Below, one piece after another: positions 39,205-49,939 of a DNA stretch of 64,000 bases. The notes under the pieces are model-generated. The model did no database searches. It saw only the letters and a program-made list of their open reading frames with translations, and was not told the origin of the DNA. Every line of letters starts with the position of its first letter. Position 1 is the first letter of the stretch. Made by a program: the position numbers and the translations under genes. Source of the DNA: Candidatus Lustribacter sp. (GTDB lineage: Bacteria; Vulcanimicrobiota; Vulcanimicrobiia; Vulcanimicrobiales; Vulcanimicrobiaceae); assembly GCA_965277805.1 (NCBI GenBank), contig OZ255842.1:3808001-3872000 (forward strand), given 5' to 3'.

Positions 39205-39718
39205 TGTTTTGCGCCGCCAGCATCGACGTGTCGACGTAGCCGGTTTCGCCGTATTTGCCGACCAGCTCTTGGATGCGCGCCATGATCGCGTCGGGCGGCT
39301 GCGTGAGATCGAGCGCGTCGAGAAACGGTTGCCGCGCGGTCAGACCCGTCGGCCAGTACACTTCGCAACGGTTCCCTTCGGGATCGTAGAAGTAGATGCC
39401 GACGGCGTTGCCGTGCGTCACGACCATGTCGAACGGCACGCGATGCGCTTTGAAACGCGAGTAGAACTGCAGCACGTCGGCGAGTGTGTTGCAGCGGAAT
39501 GAGATCTGCTGCAACATCAGCGCGCCGTTCGGCACGTCGCGGCCGCGCATCAACACCAGTTCGTGGTGTTCGTGATCGGGCTGCGCGCTGAGAAACACCA
39601 TGCCCGCTTCGTGATCCTCGTCGGTGACGGTCAGCCCGAGAACGTCCCGGTAAAACGCCTGTTCGCCCTCGAGGTCGTGACAATGAATGCCCACGTGACC
39701 AAGCTTCGCTATTCCCAT
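39197..39718 (-). CDS. VOC/glyoxalase family protein (catechol dioxygenase-like)
   Basis: KLGHVG, FYRDVLGL, EHHELVL, HGNAVGIYFYDPEGNRCE. Confidence 0.88.
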   Translation of the reverse strand: MGIAKLGHVGIHCHDLEGEQAFYRDVLGLTVTDEDHEAGMVFLSAQPDHEHHELVLMRGRDVPNGALMLQQISFRCNTLADVLQFYSRFKAHRVPFDMVVTHGNAVGIYFYDPEGNRCEVYWPTGLTARQPFLDALDLTQPPDAIMARIQELVGKYGETGYVDTSMLAAQNIN

Positions 39719-39752
39719 GGACGGGGCTACGTCCAGTGCGGCGGAGCGACCT

Positions 39753-40439
39753 TCAGAGCAGCGCGGCCCCGAACGCAAGCTTGCACGCCTCGTAACATTC
39801 GCAGGCCGCCGCGTTGAGCAGCGCGCGGTCGAGCACGGCGACCGCGCCGCGCTGATACGAGATCGCGCCCAGCGCCTGCAACGCCTCGGCCGCCTCCGAA
39901 ACGCTCGCCCGGCGCACGCCGAGCATGATGGCCAGGAACTCGTGCGTGAGCACGAAGCCGGCACCGCCGACGCGGTCGTGCGTCATCGAGAACCAGCGCG
40001 CGCAGCGCTGCTGGATCGAATGCTTGACGTTGCACGCAGCGAACTGCTGCGCGCTGAACAACGTGGCGCGCACGTTGCGCCGAATGCCGCTCGCGAACGA
40101 CGTACTGGCGGCCATGCGCGCTTCGAACCGTCCGAGCGACATGCGCCGCACCGAACCGCGCACCTGACAGAACGACGTACGCTGCGCGAATTTCGAATCG
40201 AGCGCCGCGTCGGATTCGGCGAAGCTTTCGTTGCCGACCGTTCCCACTTCGACGTCATCGCCGTTCTCGAGCGTCGCGACCACCGAAAGCACGGCGTCGA
40301 TCGGAAAGTCGACGAAGCCGATCGGGGCCCCGGCGACGTGCGTGCTGTCATGCGCTTCGAGCACGACGATCGTAAGGTCGCCCTCGAGATCGACACGATC
40401 GCTCAACGGCAACGAGTCCAACAACCGGTTTCCTGACAC
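39753..40439 (-). CDS. Crp/Fnr family regulator
   Basis: NRLLDSLP, VGTVGNE, ACNVKH, LTHEFLAIMLGVRRASVS. Confidence 0.92.
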   Translation of the reverse strand: MSGNRLLDSLPLSDRVDLEGDLTIVVLEAHDSTHVAGAPIGFVDFPIDAVLSVVATLENGDDVEVGTVGNESFAESDAALDSKFAQRTSFCQVRGSVRRMSLGRFEARMAASTSFASGIRRNVRATLFSAQQFAACNVKHSIQQRCARWFSMTHDRVGGAGFVLTHEFLAIMLGVRRASVSEAAEALQALGAISYQRGAVAVLDRALLNAAACECYEACKLAFGAALL

Positions 40440-40613
40440 AAAGGACGGTGCGGGGGGCGCCTGGCCGTGTTGCACGGCATTCCGATCAGTAAAACGCGCA
40501 CGTGGCAAAGTGCCGAAATGCGGACGTCTTGGGTGACTCACTATAGCACACCCGATGCGCCCAGCGCGCATATGCCGCGTTTTGCGCTTGCGTTGGTCAG
40601 GCCGGCGACGGCC

Positions 40614-41411
40614 TCACGACCAAGACGGAATCAAGAACGCTTCCGGGCAACCGTCCTCATCGAGCGGGGTGTGCGTCAGGGCCGGCCCTGAGGGAAATGT
40701 GCTGATTGCGCTCGTGTGAAGCGTGATCCAGAACTGCGTGAGGATCGCTCGTCCCGTGCTATCGGTCGCACATTCCAATTGGAGCGCTCGGCCATCGGCT
40801 GTGGCGAACGCCTTTTGGAAAGCAGCGTGGGCGTCATCGCGCGCGATCGTCGCGCCGGCGTGGGCCAACAGATACCGGCCGAACGCGCTGTCGGCGACGG
40901 CTTGACGCATCTGCAATTCCGTCGTAAAAAACTGTTCCGGATCGAAGCCGAAACACTGCACGTGCTTATCGTATTCGTGGGTGAGCAAACTGGTACTCAG
41001 CTGCGGCATCACGGTCGCGAGCTGCGCTTCGAGATCGCGGGAGAGCGGCGGCGGCTCGTCGCTATGATGGAGCAAGTCGCAGCCGCGCGCAAACCATTGC
41101 TGCACGGGCACGTTGGCCTTGATCAGCGCTTGTGGCATTGACGGCCACAATCCGTGCACGCCGATCAGCGGCGTACGAGCCTGCCCGGCACTGCACCGGT
41201 CGTGAAGGCCGGGCCCGAGCAGCGGGCCGTCATCGACGCTGCAGATCCCCGGCTGCCACGTCAATGCAAAGGTGTAAACGTCGAAATCCGGGTACCGGGC
41301 CGGCACGAGTTGCAGCGGCGCCGCGCTCGCCAGCGCGGTAACGGTCACGATCCCGGCCGCGCACGCGAGAAGCGTCAACAAGCGCCGGCGGAGCTTTTCA
41401 AGCACGCCCAT
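40614..41411 (-). CDS. Secreted ribonuclease T2 family protein
   Basis: Signal peptide; FALTWQPGIC, CAS I VHGLWP, CAS II HEYDKH. Confidence 0.9.
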   Translation of the reverse strand: MGVLEKLRRRLLTLLACAAGIVTVTALASAAPLQLVPARYPDFDVYTFALTWQPGICSVDDGPLLGPGLHDRCSAGQARTPLIGVHGLWPSMPQALIKANVPVQQWFARGCDLLHHSDEPPPLSRDLEAQLATVMPQLSTSLLTHEYDKHVQCFGFDPEQFFTTELQMRQAVADSAFGRYLLAHAGATIARDDAHAAFQKAFATADGRALQLECATDSTGRAILTQFWITLHTSAISTFPSGPALTHTPLDEDGCPEAFLIPSWS

Positions 41412-41453
41412 GCCGATCACTTATGCGTTACGTCCTAAACAACTTCCAGGAAG

Positions 41454-41723
41454 CTACGCGCGATCGTCGGCTTCACCAAATGAAACGTTGATCACGTTGC
41501 TTCGGCGGGGCACTCCATGCGGCTCGTCCTCTGCGTGCGACAATCCGCATTCGTGACACGCATTAATTGCATCCTCAGTCCTCGACTCGAGAAGTAATTG
41601 CGCGTCGAGCAACGCATCGCGCGAGGTCGCGGTGCCTTCCCGATCGGCGGCGGTTTCGGCTTTTCCCTTTTGTTCGGCTGCTTCGCGAAGGGCATAGATG
41701 GCATCGATTTTGTTTTGCTGCAT
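41454..41723 (-). CDS. Hypothetical helical protein with CxxC..H motif
   Basis: GGAG SD; CHECGLSH. Confidence 0.65.
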   Translation of the reverse strand: MQQNKIDAIYALREAAEQKGKAETAADREGTATSRDALLDAQLLLESRTEDAINACHECGLSHAEDEPHGVPRRSNVINVSFGEADDRA

Positions 41724-41755
41724 GGTGCTCCGGAGATGCGTCAATCGGCGAAGCG

Positions 41756-41781
41756 TTACCGCAAAAGCTTGCCCGCAAAAC
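41756..41781 (-). promoter_or_regulatory. Possible sigmaB/SigF-type promoter
   Basis: GTTT-N16-CGGTAA upstream of the ATG at 41723. Confidence 0.35.
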
Positions 41782-41810
41782 GGGATAAAGAGGCGCTGAA
41801 TCGGCGGGGG

Positions 41811-42221
41811 TTAGGAGCCGATTTGCTTGGTAAGGTGTATATACCGACCGTCGGCCTGGACGTCAATCCGGCTAACCATTTTGCGGGCAATGAGGATTCC
41901 GAGGCCGGCCGGCGCTAGGGTGCCGGCCGGGTCCCAAACCACCGGACGATCACCGACACGGTAGTCGTCGCCTTCAATCCCAACCTCGATCCGATCGGGG
42001 AAGGTCTGAGCCGTCACCAAGAAGCCGGGGCGGCGGCCGGGTCGCCGTTGGACGATCCACACGAGGACCTCGCCAAGAGCTTGTTCGATGTCGTCGACAT
42101 CACCACGGCTGAGCCCACATTCGCGAGCGAACGACCGAAGATCTCGTCGTGCCGCCGCAACGAAGCTGGGGTGGCCGGGATACGATCGCCGAAACTCGCG
42201 GTTCGCGCGCTTGGGAACCAC
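41811..42221 (-). CDS. RsbW-like anti-sigma (HATPase_c_2) protein with degenerate ATP site
   Basis: YPGHPSFVAAARR, DDIEQALGE, GLGILIARKMV; N-box Asn absent. Confidence 0.75.
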   Translation of the reverse strand: MVPKRANREFRRSYPGHPSFVAAARRDLRSFARECGLSRGDVDDIEQALGEVLVWIVQRRPGRRPGFLVTAQTFPDRIEVGIEGDDYRVGDRPVVWDPAGTLAPAGLGILIARKMVSRIDVQADGRYIHLTKQIGS

Positions 42222-42229
42222 ACAGGCCG

Positions 42230-42255
42230 GTTCCCGGTTTATCGAGGGATTAAAC
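42230..42255 (-). promoter_or_regulatory. Putative sigmaB-type promoter, leaderless start
   Basis: GTTTAA-N14-GGGAAC, ending 8 nt before the GTG at 42221. Confidence 0.5.
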
Positions 42256-42270
42256 CGAGCGGAACGCCTG

Positions 42271-42296
42271 AAAAAAACCCCGCCGGAGCGGGGTTT
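42271..42296 (-). terminator. Rho-independent terminator after the tRNA pair
   Basis: AAACCCCGC-TCCG-GCGGGGTTT followed by more T. Confidence 0.9.
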
Positions 42297-42300
42297 GACT

Positions 42301-42375
42301 TGGTAGCGCCAACGAGAATCGAACTCGTCTCTCCGCCTTGAAAGGGCAGCGTCCTAACCGATAGACTATGGCGCC
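42301..42375 (-). tRNA. tRNA-Glu(TTC)
   Basis: GGCGCCA acceptor, loop CTTTCAA, GTTCGATTC, CCA. Confidence 0.97.
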
Positions 42376-42396
42376 ACGTGGATGGCTTGGGAACTC

Positions 42397-42468
42397 TGGG
42401 CCCGGCTGGATTCGAACCAGCGCGCGACCAGTTATGAGCCGGCTGCTCTACCGCTGAGCTACGGGCCC
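42397..42468 (-). tRNA. tRNA with CAT anticodon, probably tRNA-Ile2 (lysidine); CCA not encoded
   Basis: GGGCCCG acceptor with paired 1:72 and C4:G69/C5:G68; GCCGG-CTCATAA anticodon arm. Confidence 0.85.
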
Positions 42469-42487
42469 AAGCCCGGCCCAGTCTTTT

Positions 42488-43810
<1,323 letters not shown>

Positions 43811-44269
43811 TTAGTTGCTCACCAGCATCGATGCGAGCGGATGTTCGCGCGTGAAGAGTTCTTTGTCGGTGAACCAGATCGCGATCTCGCGGGCCGCGCT
43901 CTCAGGCGAGTCGCTGCCGTGCACCAGATTGCGGCCGATCGTCTGCGCGTAGTCACCGCGAATCGTACCGGGCGTCGCTTTGATCGGGTTCGTCGCGCCG
44001 ATCGTCGAACGGCAGCCCTCGATCGCGTCGTTGCCCTCGATCACCAGCGCCACGATCGGCGAGCCGGTGATGTATTCCACCAGGCCGTTGAAGAACGGCT
44101 TTCCCTCGTGTTCGGCGTAATGCTTTTTTGCACGCTCGGTTTCGGTCAGCAGCATTTTCATGCCGACGATCGTGTACCCGCGGCGCTCGAAGCGCGAAAG
44201 AATTTCCCCAACCAGGCCGCGCACGACGGCGTCGGCTTTTGCAAGAATGAGCGTACGTTCAATTGCCAT
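43811..44269 (-). CDS. ndk: Nucleoside diphosphate kinase
   Basis: [28 protein letters not shown]. Confidence 0.99.
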   Translation of the reverse strand: MAIERTLILAKADAVVRGLVGEILSRFERRGYTIVGMKMLLTETERAKKHYAEHEGKPFFNGLVEYITGSPIVALVIEGNDAIEGCRSTIGATNPIKATPGTIRGDYAQTIGRNLVHGSDSPESAAREIAIWFTDKELFTREHPLASMLVSN

Positions 44270-44287
44270 AGCAGAGGAGGGTGATAC

Positions 44288-45085
44288 GTGCCGGATGAGA
44301 CCGCACCTTTTCGGCCGCTCGACGTCGCGCACGTTCGCACGGCGCTGGCCGGTACGCTTTTCGGCGATGTCCGCTATGTGGTGAAGACGGGCTCCACAAA
44401 CGACGATGCAGCGGCGCTGCTGGCGCGCGGCGACGCGCTGGGCACGACCTTAGTCGCTGAAGAGCAGACCGCCGGCCGCGGCCGCAAGGCCGGGCGCAGT
44501 TGGATCGCCGCTCCGGGCAGCGGCCTTTTGTTCACCACGATCCTGCCCGCCACGATGCCCGCGAGCGACCTGTGGGCCGTACCATTTTGGGTCGCGCTGT
44601 GCGTTGCGGACGGAATCATGCGGGCTTGTGCCGTCCACGCCGACCCGCGCTGGCCCAACGATCTGTTCGTTAGAAACAGAAAGGTCGCGGGTATTCTTTG
44701 CATCTCGCGGGTTGCCGGCGACGTCGCGCACGTCGCCTGCGGCGTCGGGATCAACGTGATTCCGGCAGCGGGCGCGCATGTAGCGATCGAACCGCCCCCC
44801 GCGTTCCTTTCCGATGCGGCGCCCTCCGTGCGCCGCGAAGTCGTGCTGAGCGAGGTCTTAGCGGCCTTCGAGCGCCGCCTCGCGTCGCTCCACGCGCCGG
44901 CGGCGATCGCGCGCACGTATGAAGAACGCGCGGCGCTGGCCGGCGCGGCCTACCGCGTGCTGGTCGACGGCGAGTCGCTCGAGTTGGACGGCATCGCACG
45001 CGGCTTGGGGCCCGACGGCGCGCTCCGCCTCGATGTCGGCGGCGTCGAACAGGCGATCTCGCTCGCCGACGCGCGGCGTCTCTAG
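44288..45085 (+). CDS. birA: Biotin-protein ligase (no N-terminal HTH)
   Basis: GSTNDDA, QTAGRGR, WPND, KVAGIL, GVGINV. Confidence 0.95.
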   Translation: MPDETAPFRPLDVAHVRTALAGTLFGDVRYVVKTGSTNDDAAALLARGDALGTTLVAEEQTAGRGRKAGRSWIAAPGSGLLFTTILPATMPASDLWAVPFWVALCVADGIMRACAVHADPRWPNDLFVRNRKVAGILCISRVAGDVAHVACGVGINVIPAAGAHVAIEPPPAFLSDAAPSVRREVVLSEVLAAFERRLASLHAPAAIARTYEERAALAGAAYRVLVDGESLELDGIARGLGPDGALRLDVGGVEQAISLADARRL

Positions 45086-45155
45086 GGCCGCCCGCCGGAG
45101 CTACCGCGAGTCGGCCGAAGGCCGAACGCAACAGATTCGCCGAAGGCGAATCCAC

Positions 45156-46196
45156 ATGGGCGAGATCTTGGGACTAGGCATTTCACACTGGCCGCGGTTG
45201 GGTCAGAAGAACGAGCAACTGTCGTATTGGCTGAAGCGGACGCTGCAAGATCCGGATCTCCCGGCGCACTTGAAAGATCCCAAAACGTGGCCGCCGCGCA
45301 TGCAAGAAGAATGGGGCACGGACGAAGGCCTCTCGCACGCGCAAGAGCATCGCGACTCGATGGCTTCGGGCTTACGCGAAGTGCGCAAAGCGCTCGACGC
45401 CTTCAAGCCGGACGCGATCGTGGTGTGGGGTGACGATCAGTACGAAAACTTCCGCGAAGATCTGATCCCGGCATTTTCCGTCCTCGCCTATCAAGACGAT
45501 CTCGTGTGTCAGCCGTGGGGCGGGATGCCCAACTACTGGGACGAGGACAAGGAGACGACGTTCACCGTCAAGAGCGCACCGGAGATCTCGAAGTACCTCG
45601 CCACCGGCATGATCGAAGCAGAATTCGACATCGCCTACGCCTATCGGCCGTTGCACTTTCCGCATCTGCCCCACGCGTTCATGAACACCGTGCTCTATCT
45701 CGATTACGACCGCGTCGGCTTTCCCTATCCGTTGATTCCGTTTCAGGTGAACTGCTACGGGCGCTACGTGATCAGCCACAAGGGCTTCGGGTTTCCGTAT
45801 GCCGAGGCCGACAAGCCGCTCGATCCGCCGTCGCCCTCACCCAAGCGCTGCTTCGATCTCGGCCGCGCGGCCGGACGTGTGCTGGCGAATAGCCCGTGGC
45901 GCATCGCGCTGGTCGCGTCCTCGAGCTGGTCGCACGCGTTCCTCTCCGAGAAGTCGAAACATCTCTGGCCCGACGTCGAGTCCGACCGCAACCTCTACGA
46001 TGCGATGCTGCGCGGCGATTCCGACGTGTGGCGCAACTTCAAGCTCGCCGACATCGAATTCTCAGGCCAGCACGAGCTGCTGAATTGGTTCTGTCTCGTC
46101 GGCGCGATGACCGAACTCAACAAGAAAGTCGTCTGGTCGCAGTTCACCGAGACGTTCGTTTACAACTCGGACAAAGTCGCCGCGATCTTCGGCTGA
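45156..46196 (+). CDS. Class III (LigB-type) extradiol dioxygenase family protein
   Basis: GISHWP, WGDDQYENF, PHAF, SSWSH, ELLNW. Confidence 0.85.
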   Translation: MGEILGLGISHWPRLGQKNEQLSYWLKRTLQDPDLPAHLKDPKTWPPRMQEEWGTDEGLSHAQEHRDSMASGLREVRKALDAFKPDAIVVWGDDQYENFREDLIPAFSVLAYQDDLVCQPWGGMPNYWDEDKETTFTVKSAPEISKYLATGMIEAEFDIAYAYRPLHFPHLPHAFMNTVLYLDYDRVGFPYPLIPFQVNCYGRYVISHKGFGFPYAEADKPLDPPSPSPKRCFDLGRAAGRVLANSPWRIALVASSSWSHAFLSEKSKHLWPDVESDRNLYDAMLRGDSDVWRNFKLADIEFSGQHELLNWFCLVGAMTELNKKVVWSQFTETFVYNSDKVAAIFG

Positions 46197-46199
46197 CGG

Positions 46200-46730
46200 C
46201 TAGCGGTTCGCCCGGCTCCGCTTCTCGCACGCTTCGCAGAAGTTCGAGAATTTGTTGTCGGTGTCGAACACGGAGTTCGAGTAGTACATCGGGCAGCGAG
46301 CGTTGTAGCAGTGCTTGAGGCCCATCGCGTGCCCGATCTCGTGCACCGACTCCTTGAGCAGCCGCTGGAAGAGCAAGTTATCGTCGGCCGGTTCGCCATA
46401 AAATTCGGGCCGCAGGCGATGGAGCGAAACGACGGCGCAGTGATGCGTCTCGGTCGAGCCGCCGAAGATGAAGTGATGCGAGGTCTTGTAGAGGTCGAAC
46501 TCGGTGATGCCGAGCACGGCCCCGTCGCGGCTCTCGTGCGCGGCCGCGAGTTTCGTTGCCAGCGAACCGAAGAACAGCTGCTTGCGTACGCTATTGAGTG
46601 CCGTTTTGGGAATCGGCAGCGACGCGCGCACGATGCAGGTGGAGAGGAATCGCTCCTCGAGGCACAATGCGAGTCGCGTCAGCACTTGGTGGTCGATCAC
46701 GTTGATCGGGACGACGCTGATCTCGCTCAT
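46200..46730 (-). CDS. Archaemetzincin-family Zn metalloprotease
   Basis: HEIGHAMGLKHCYNARCPM...FCEAC. Confidence 0.92.
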   Translation of the reverse strand: MSEISVVPINVIDHQVLTRLALCLEERFLSTCIVRASLPIPKTALNSVRKQLFFGSLATKLAAAHESRDGAVLGITEFDLYKTSHHFIFGGSTETHHCAVVSLHRLRPEFYGEPADDNLLFQRLLKESVHEIGHAMGLKHCYNARCPMYYSNSVFDTDNKFSNFCEACEKRSRANR

Positions 46731-46788
46731 CGGCGAATGTTGTTTTCGTGCTCGTGGGAAAGGCTGCCTGCGAACCGAACGGGCCTTA

Positions 46789-47151
46789 ATGATTATCGGG
46801 TTGGGGATCGATTTGGCCGAAGTCGAGCGCTACCAGTTCAGCGATGCCGAGCGCGAGCGCTTCGCCCGCAAAGTATACACGCCCGAAGAGATGCGCTACG
46901 CCATGCGGAAACGTCATTGGGCCGAGCGGCTGGCGGGGTTCTTCGCGGCGAAAGAGGCGACGCGCAAGGCGTTCGGGCACGCGATTCCGTGGCGCGACGT
47001 GGGCGTCACCCACGAACGCTCGGGAAAGCCGACCATTGCGCTCTACGGTAAAGCCGCCGAACTGATCGAGCGCCGCGGCGTCCGGTCGATCCACCTAACG
47101 ATCACGCACACGGCCACGACCGCCGCGGCCGTCGTGATCCTGGAGGGCTGA
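46789..47151 (+). CDS. acpS: Holo-ACP synthase
   Basis: GLGIDL, FAAKEA..KA, SGKP, LTITH. Confidence 0.96.
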   Translation: MIIGLGIDLAEVERYQFSDAERERFARKVYTPEEMRYAMRKRHWAERLAGFFAAKEATRKAFGHAIPWRDVGVTHERSGKPTIALYGKAAELIERRGVRSIHLTITHTATTAAAVVILEG

Positions 47152-48650
47152 TGCGCGCCGTCACCGCCGCACAAATGCGGGCCATCGATGCGGCCGCGGT
47201 CGCGCGCGACGGCGAGGTCGACCTGATGCGGCAGGCCGGCGCCGCCATCGCCCGCGTCGTCCCCCGCTACCGCCAAGACGGGCCGATCATCGCACTCGCC
47301 GGCAACGGCAACAACGGCGGCGACGCCTTTGCGGCGCTGGCGCGGCTCGAGGGCCGGCGCATCCTCTACTACGATCCCGGCGCCAGCTGGGGCGCGGCAC
47401 GCATGCACGCCTTCCAGCGCGCCCGTGCCAGCGGCGTCGAATTGCGGCGCTATCCGGTCAGCGCTGAGGACCTGCGCGACGCCGGCTTGCTGCTCGACGG
47501 ACTGCTCGGCGTGAACGCGCGTTTGCCGCTGGATGCGGCGACGGCGGAACGGGTCCGCGCGATGAACGATGCGCAGGTGCCGATCCTCGCGCTCGACCTC
47601 GCGACCGGCTGCGATCCGACGACGGGCGCACTCGGTGATCCCCACGTGCGCGCGGTCGCGACGGTGGCGCTAGGGCGGCCAAAACTCGGATCGTTCCTCG
47701 ATCCGGGACGCGATGCGACCGGCGACTTGTGGTGCGCGCCCATCGGCATGCACGACGGCGACGCGCGCGGCATCGATCTCGCATCGTACGTGCTGACGGC
47801 GGATGCGTTCGATGCGCTGCGCCCGAAGCGCCCGAACGAATCGGAGAAGCGCAGCGCGGGGGCGCCGCTCGTCATCGCAGGTTCGGAACAGTTTCCCGGC
47901 GCGGCAATTTTGTGCGCGCTCGGCGCCGCTCGCGCCGGCGCCGGCTACGTCACCGTCGCCGCACCGGCGGCGGCCGCCGCGGCGCTGCGCGCCCATCTCA
48001 TCGAACAAGTCGTGGTGACCTACGACGAGAACGACCCCAAAGCGGCGATCGCGGCGATTCTCGATTTGAGCAACCACTGCAACGCGATCGCGATCGGGCC
48101 CGGACTCGGCCTCTCGGACGAAATGGGCGAGATCGTGCGCGGCGTGATGAAGGCAACGCCGTTGCCGATGGTCGCGGACGCGAGCGCGCTCTTTCACATC
48201 GGTAAACACTTACCGGAGTTTGCAGAAAAGCCGCTCGTTCTCACACCGCATGCGGGCGAATTCGCACGGCTCTCCGGGAAAGGCACGGTCGAGCCGAGCG
48301 AACGGCTTCCCCGCCTGCGCGCGTTCGTGGCCGAGTACGGCATCGCAACGCTGTTGAAAGGGCGCACGACGCTGATCGCCGATCGTACGACCGTGCACGT
48401 CAACCCAACCGGCACGCCCGCGCTCGCAACCGCCGGCACCGGCGACGTTCTCACCGGCATCATCGCAACGCTGCTCTCGCAAGGCCTCGCACCGCTCGAT
48501 GCCGCGCGTGCCGGCGCGTTTTGGCACGGGCTTGCCGGCTCGTGCGCGGCGGCCGATCGTCCGGTCGGCGTTATCGCGCGGGACGTTGCCGACGCACTCG
48601 GCCGCGCATCCGACGTCGCGCCCGACGACGATCCAATCCGTATTTGGTAA
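47151..48650 (+). CDS. nnr: NAD(P)H-hydrate epimerase/dehydratase
   Basis: GNGNNGGD, IGPGLG, LTPHAGEF, ATAGTGDVL. Confidence 0.96.
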   Translation: MRAVTAAQMRAIDAAAVARDGEVDLMRQAGAAIARVVPRYRQDGPIIALAGNGNNGGDAFAALARLEGRRILYYDPGASWGAARMHAFQRARASGVELRRYPVSAEDLRDAGLLLDGLLGVNARLPLDAATAERVRAMNDAQVPILALDLATGCDPTTGALGDPHVRAVATVALGRPKLGSFLDPGRDATGDLWCAPIGMHDGDARGIDLASYVLTADAFDALRPKRPNESEKRSAGAPLVIAGSEQFPGAAILCALGAARAGAGYVTVAAPAAAAAALRAHLIEQVVVTYDENDPKAAIAAILDLSNHCNAIAIGPGLGLSDEMGEIVRGVMKATPLPMVADASALFHIGKHLPEFAEKPLVLTPHAGEFARLSGKGTVEPSERLPRLRAFVAEYGIATLLKGRTTLIADRTTVHVNPTGTPALATAGTGDVLTGIIATLLSQGLAPLDAARAGAFWHGLAGSCAAADRPVGVIARDVADALGRASDVAPDDDPIRIW

Positions 48651-48655
48651 CGCGA

Positions 48656-49819
48656 TCAGCGCGCGATGCCGAATCCGGCCGCCTTGACCTTCGGATCGTC
48701 GGAGGCCTCCAAGTAGTCGCGCAGTGTACGCAGAAACACTCCGAATGCGGTGGCACCGAGCAGCCAGAGTTGGCGATCGTCGCTGCTTTCGTCCGGCAGC
48801 GTTTGCATACGATCCCTAGCGTACATCACGCGCAAGTCTTCGACCGCTAAACGGATGAACGCCAACAACTCAAGCTCTGCCGGACGGCCCGGAAAATCGC
48901 TTACCTCGCCGGCGGCGTAACGCGCGAGCCAGCGGGCCAGCGCACCGTAGTCCTTGGGATCGACGCGGCTCACGCCGGTTCTCGGATGCACGCGATCGCG
49001 CGTTGCTTCGACTTCGGCGACGAAATCGATCGAACGCGCCTGCGCTTGTACCTCGACGCCCGAGGCTTGCATCGGCGCAGCCCGTTCCGTCCGCTCAGCC
49101 GCTACGAAATCCAGTAGCACCGGGCCTTCGGACGCGGCTAATGTCGAGAACGCGAGATCGAGAACGGCGCGCTGTTCGCGAGCGTCGTTACGGTGGCCGA
49201 CGGAGATGCCGAACGGAAACGGCACCCACACCGTGCGCGGCGGTTTGATGCGCAGCGAATGTTCGCGCACCAAACTGAGCGCCACCGTGCTCAATCCCCG
49301 TTCTTCCAAAACCCGTGCGATCACACCGACCGTGTGAGTGCACAGCGGTCAAGTCGGCGTGAGTAAGACGACGTCGACGCCGTCTTCGAGCAGGTGCGCC
49401 GCTACTTCGGGCGCCATCGCGTTCTTGATCGGCGCGACGTCGCGTTGCGCACCCATGAACGAGTAGAAGCGCGGGGCGAGTTCGCCGATCTTGCCCTCGG
49501 CCACCATCTCGCGCAGGCGGTCGATCGGATACACCACGTTGGGGTCGGCCATGATGCCGGTGCGGTCGAAACCGAGGCTGGTGTGGCTCTGCAAGAGATC
49601 CGCACCATCGGTCGCCGACGGAATCATCCGGTACGTCGGATCGCCGGCCACGAACGGTTTGTCGCCGGGCAGATGAACGCCGGCCGTCGTGACGATCGCG
49701 ACGCGCGATTGGGCGAGCGGTTTCGCCGGCCGATGGAACGGCGTCGACGTGACCTCCTCGATCGCGAGCGAGAGAATTCCTTGACGCGCGGTTTCCGAAA
49801 GGCGGTCGAGCGACGGCAT
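48656..49819 (-). CDS. PrdB/GrdB-family selenoprotein (387 aa, Sec157 in UxxC) with C-terminal extension
   Basis: ORFs 49349-49819 and 48656-49324 share a frame and join through TGA at 49349-49351: VLLTPT-U-PLCTHTVGVIAR; VTTAG, DPNVVYPIDRL, YSFMG. Confidence 0.88.
49313..49348 (-). other. Bacterial SECIS-like hairpin
   Basis: CUGUGC/GCACGG lower stem, UCACAC/GUGUGA upper stem, GGUCG loop beginning 17 nt after the UGA. Confidence 0.7.
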
Positions 49820-49939
49820 CTTGTTCCTTTCGTGAAGCGGGGAATAGTCTCCGGTTCACCGGTCGACTTTTGTCGTCTAAGAATTTGAAAGCACGAATCG
49901 GGTCGCGTTGCAGCGTTCGTTTCGGGCATAATAGACGGG

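Noticed and set aside
40535-40546. GACTCACTATAG, matching part of the T7 promoter
   Set aside because: Only 12 bp with no TAATAC and no phage context; better read as an extended -10 (TGCTATAGT) for the crp-like gene on the minus strand.
26049-42375. att-site duplications of the tRNA-Val or tRNA-Glu 3' ends
   Set aside because: I found no second copy longer than ~9 bp in the window.
45156-46196. Calling the extradiol dioxygenase LigZ
   Set aside because: Shares class III motifs only; it does not match my recollection of LigZ closely and lies 16 kb from the Rieske gene.
48656-49819. Two separate genes or a nonsense pseudogene
   Set aside because: The stop is TGA, in frame, at the family's UxxC site and followed by a SECIS-like hairpin.
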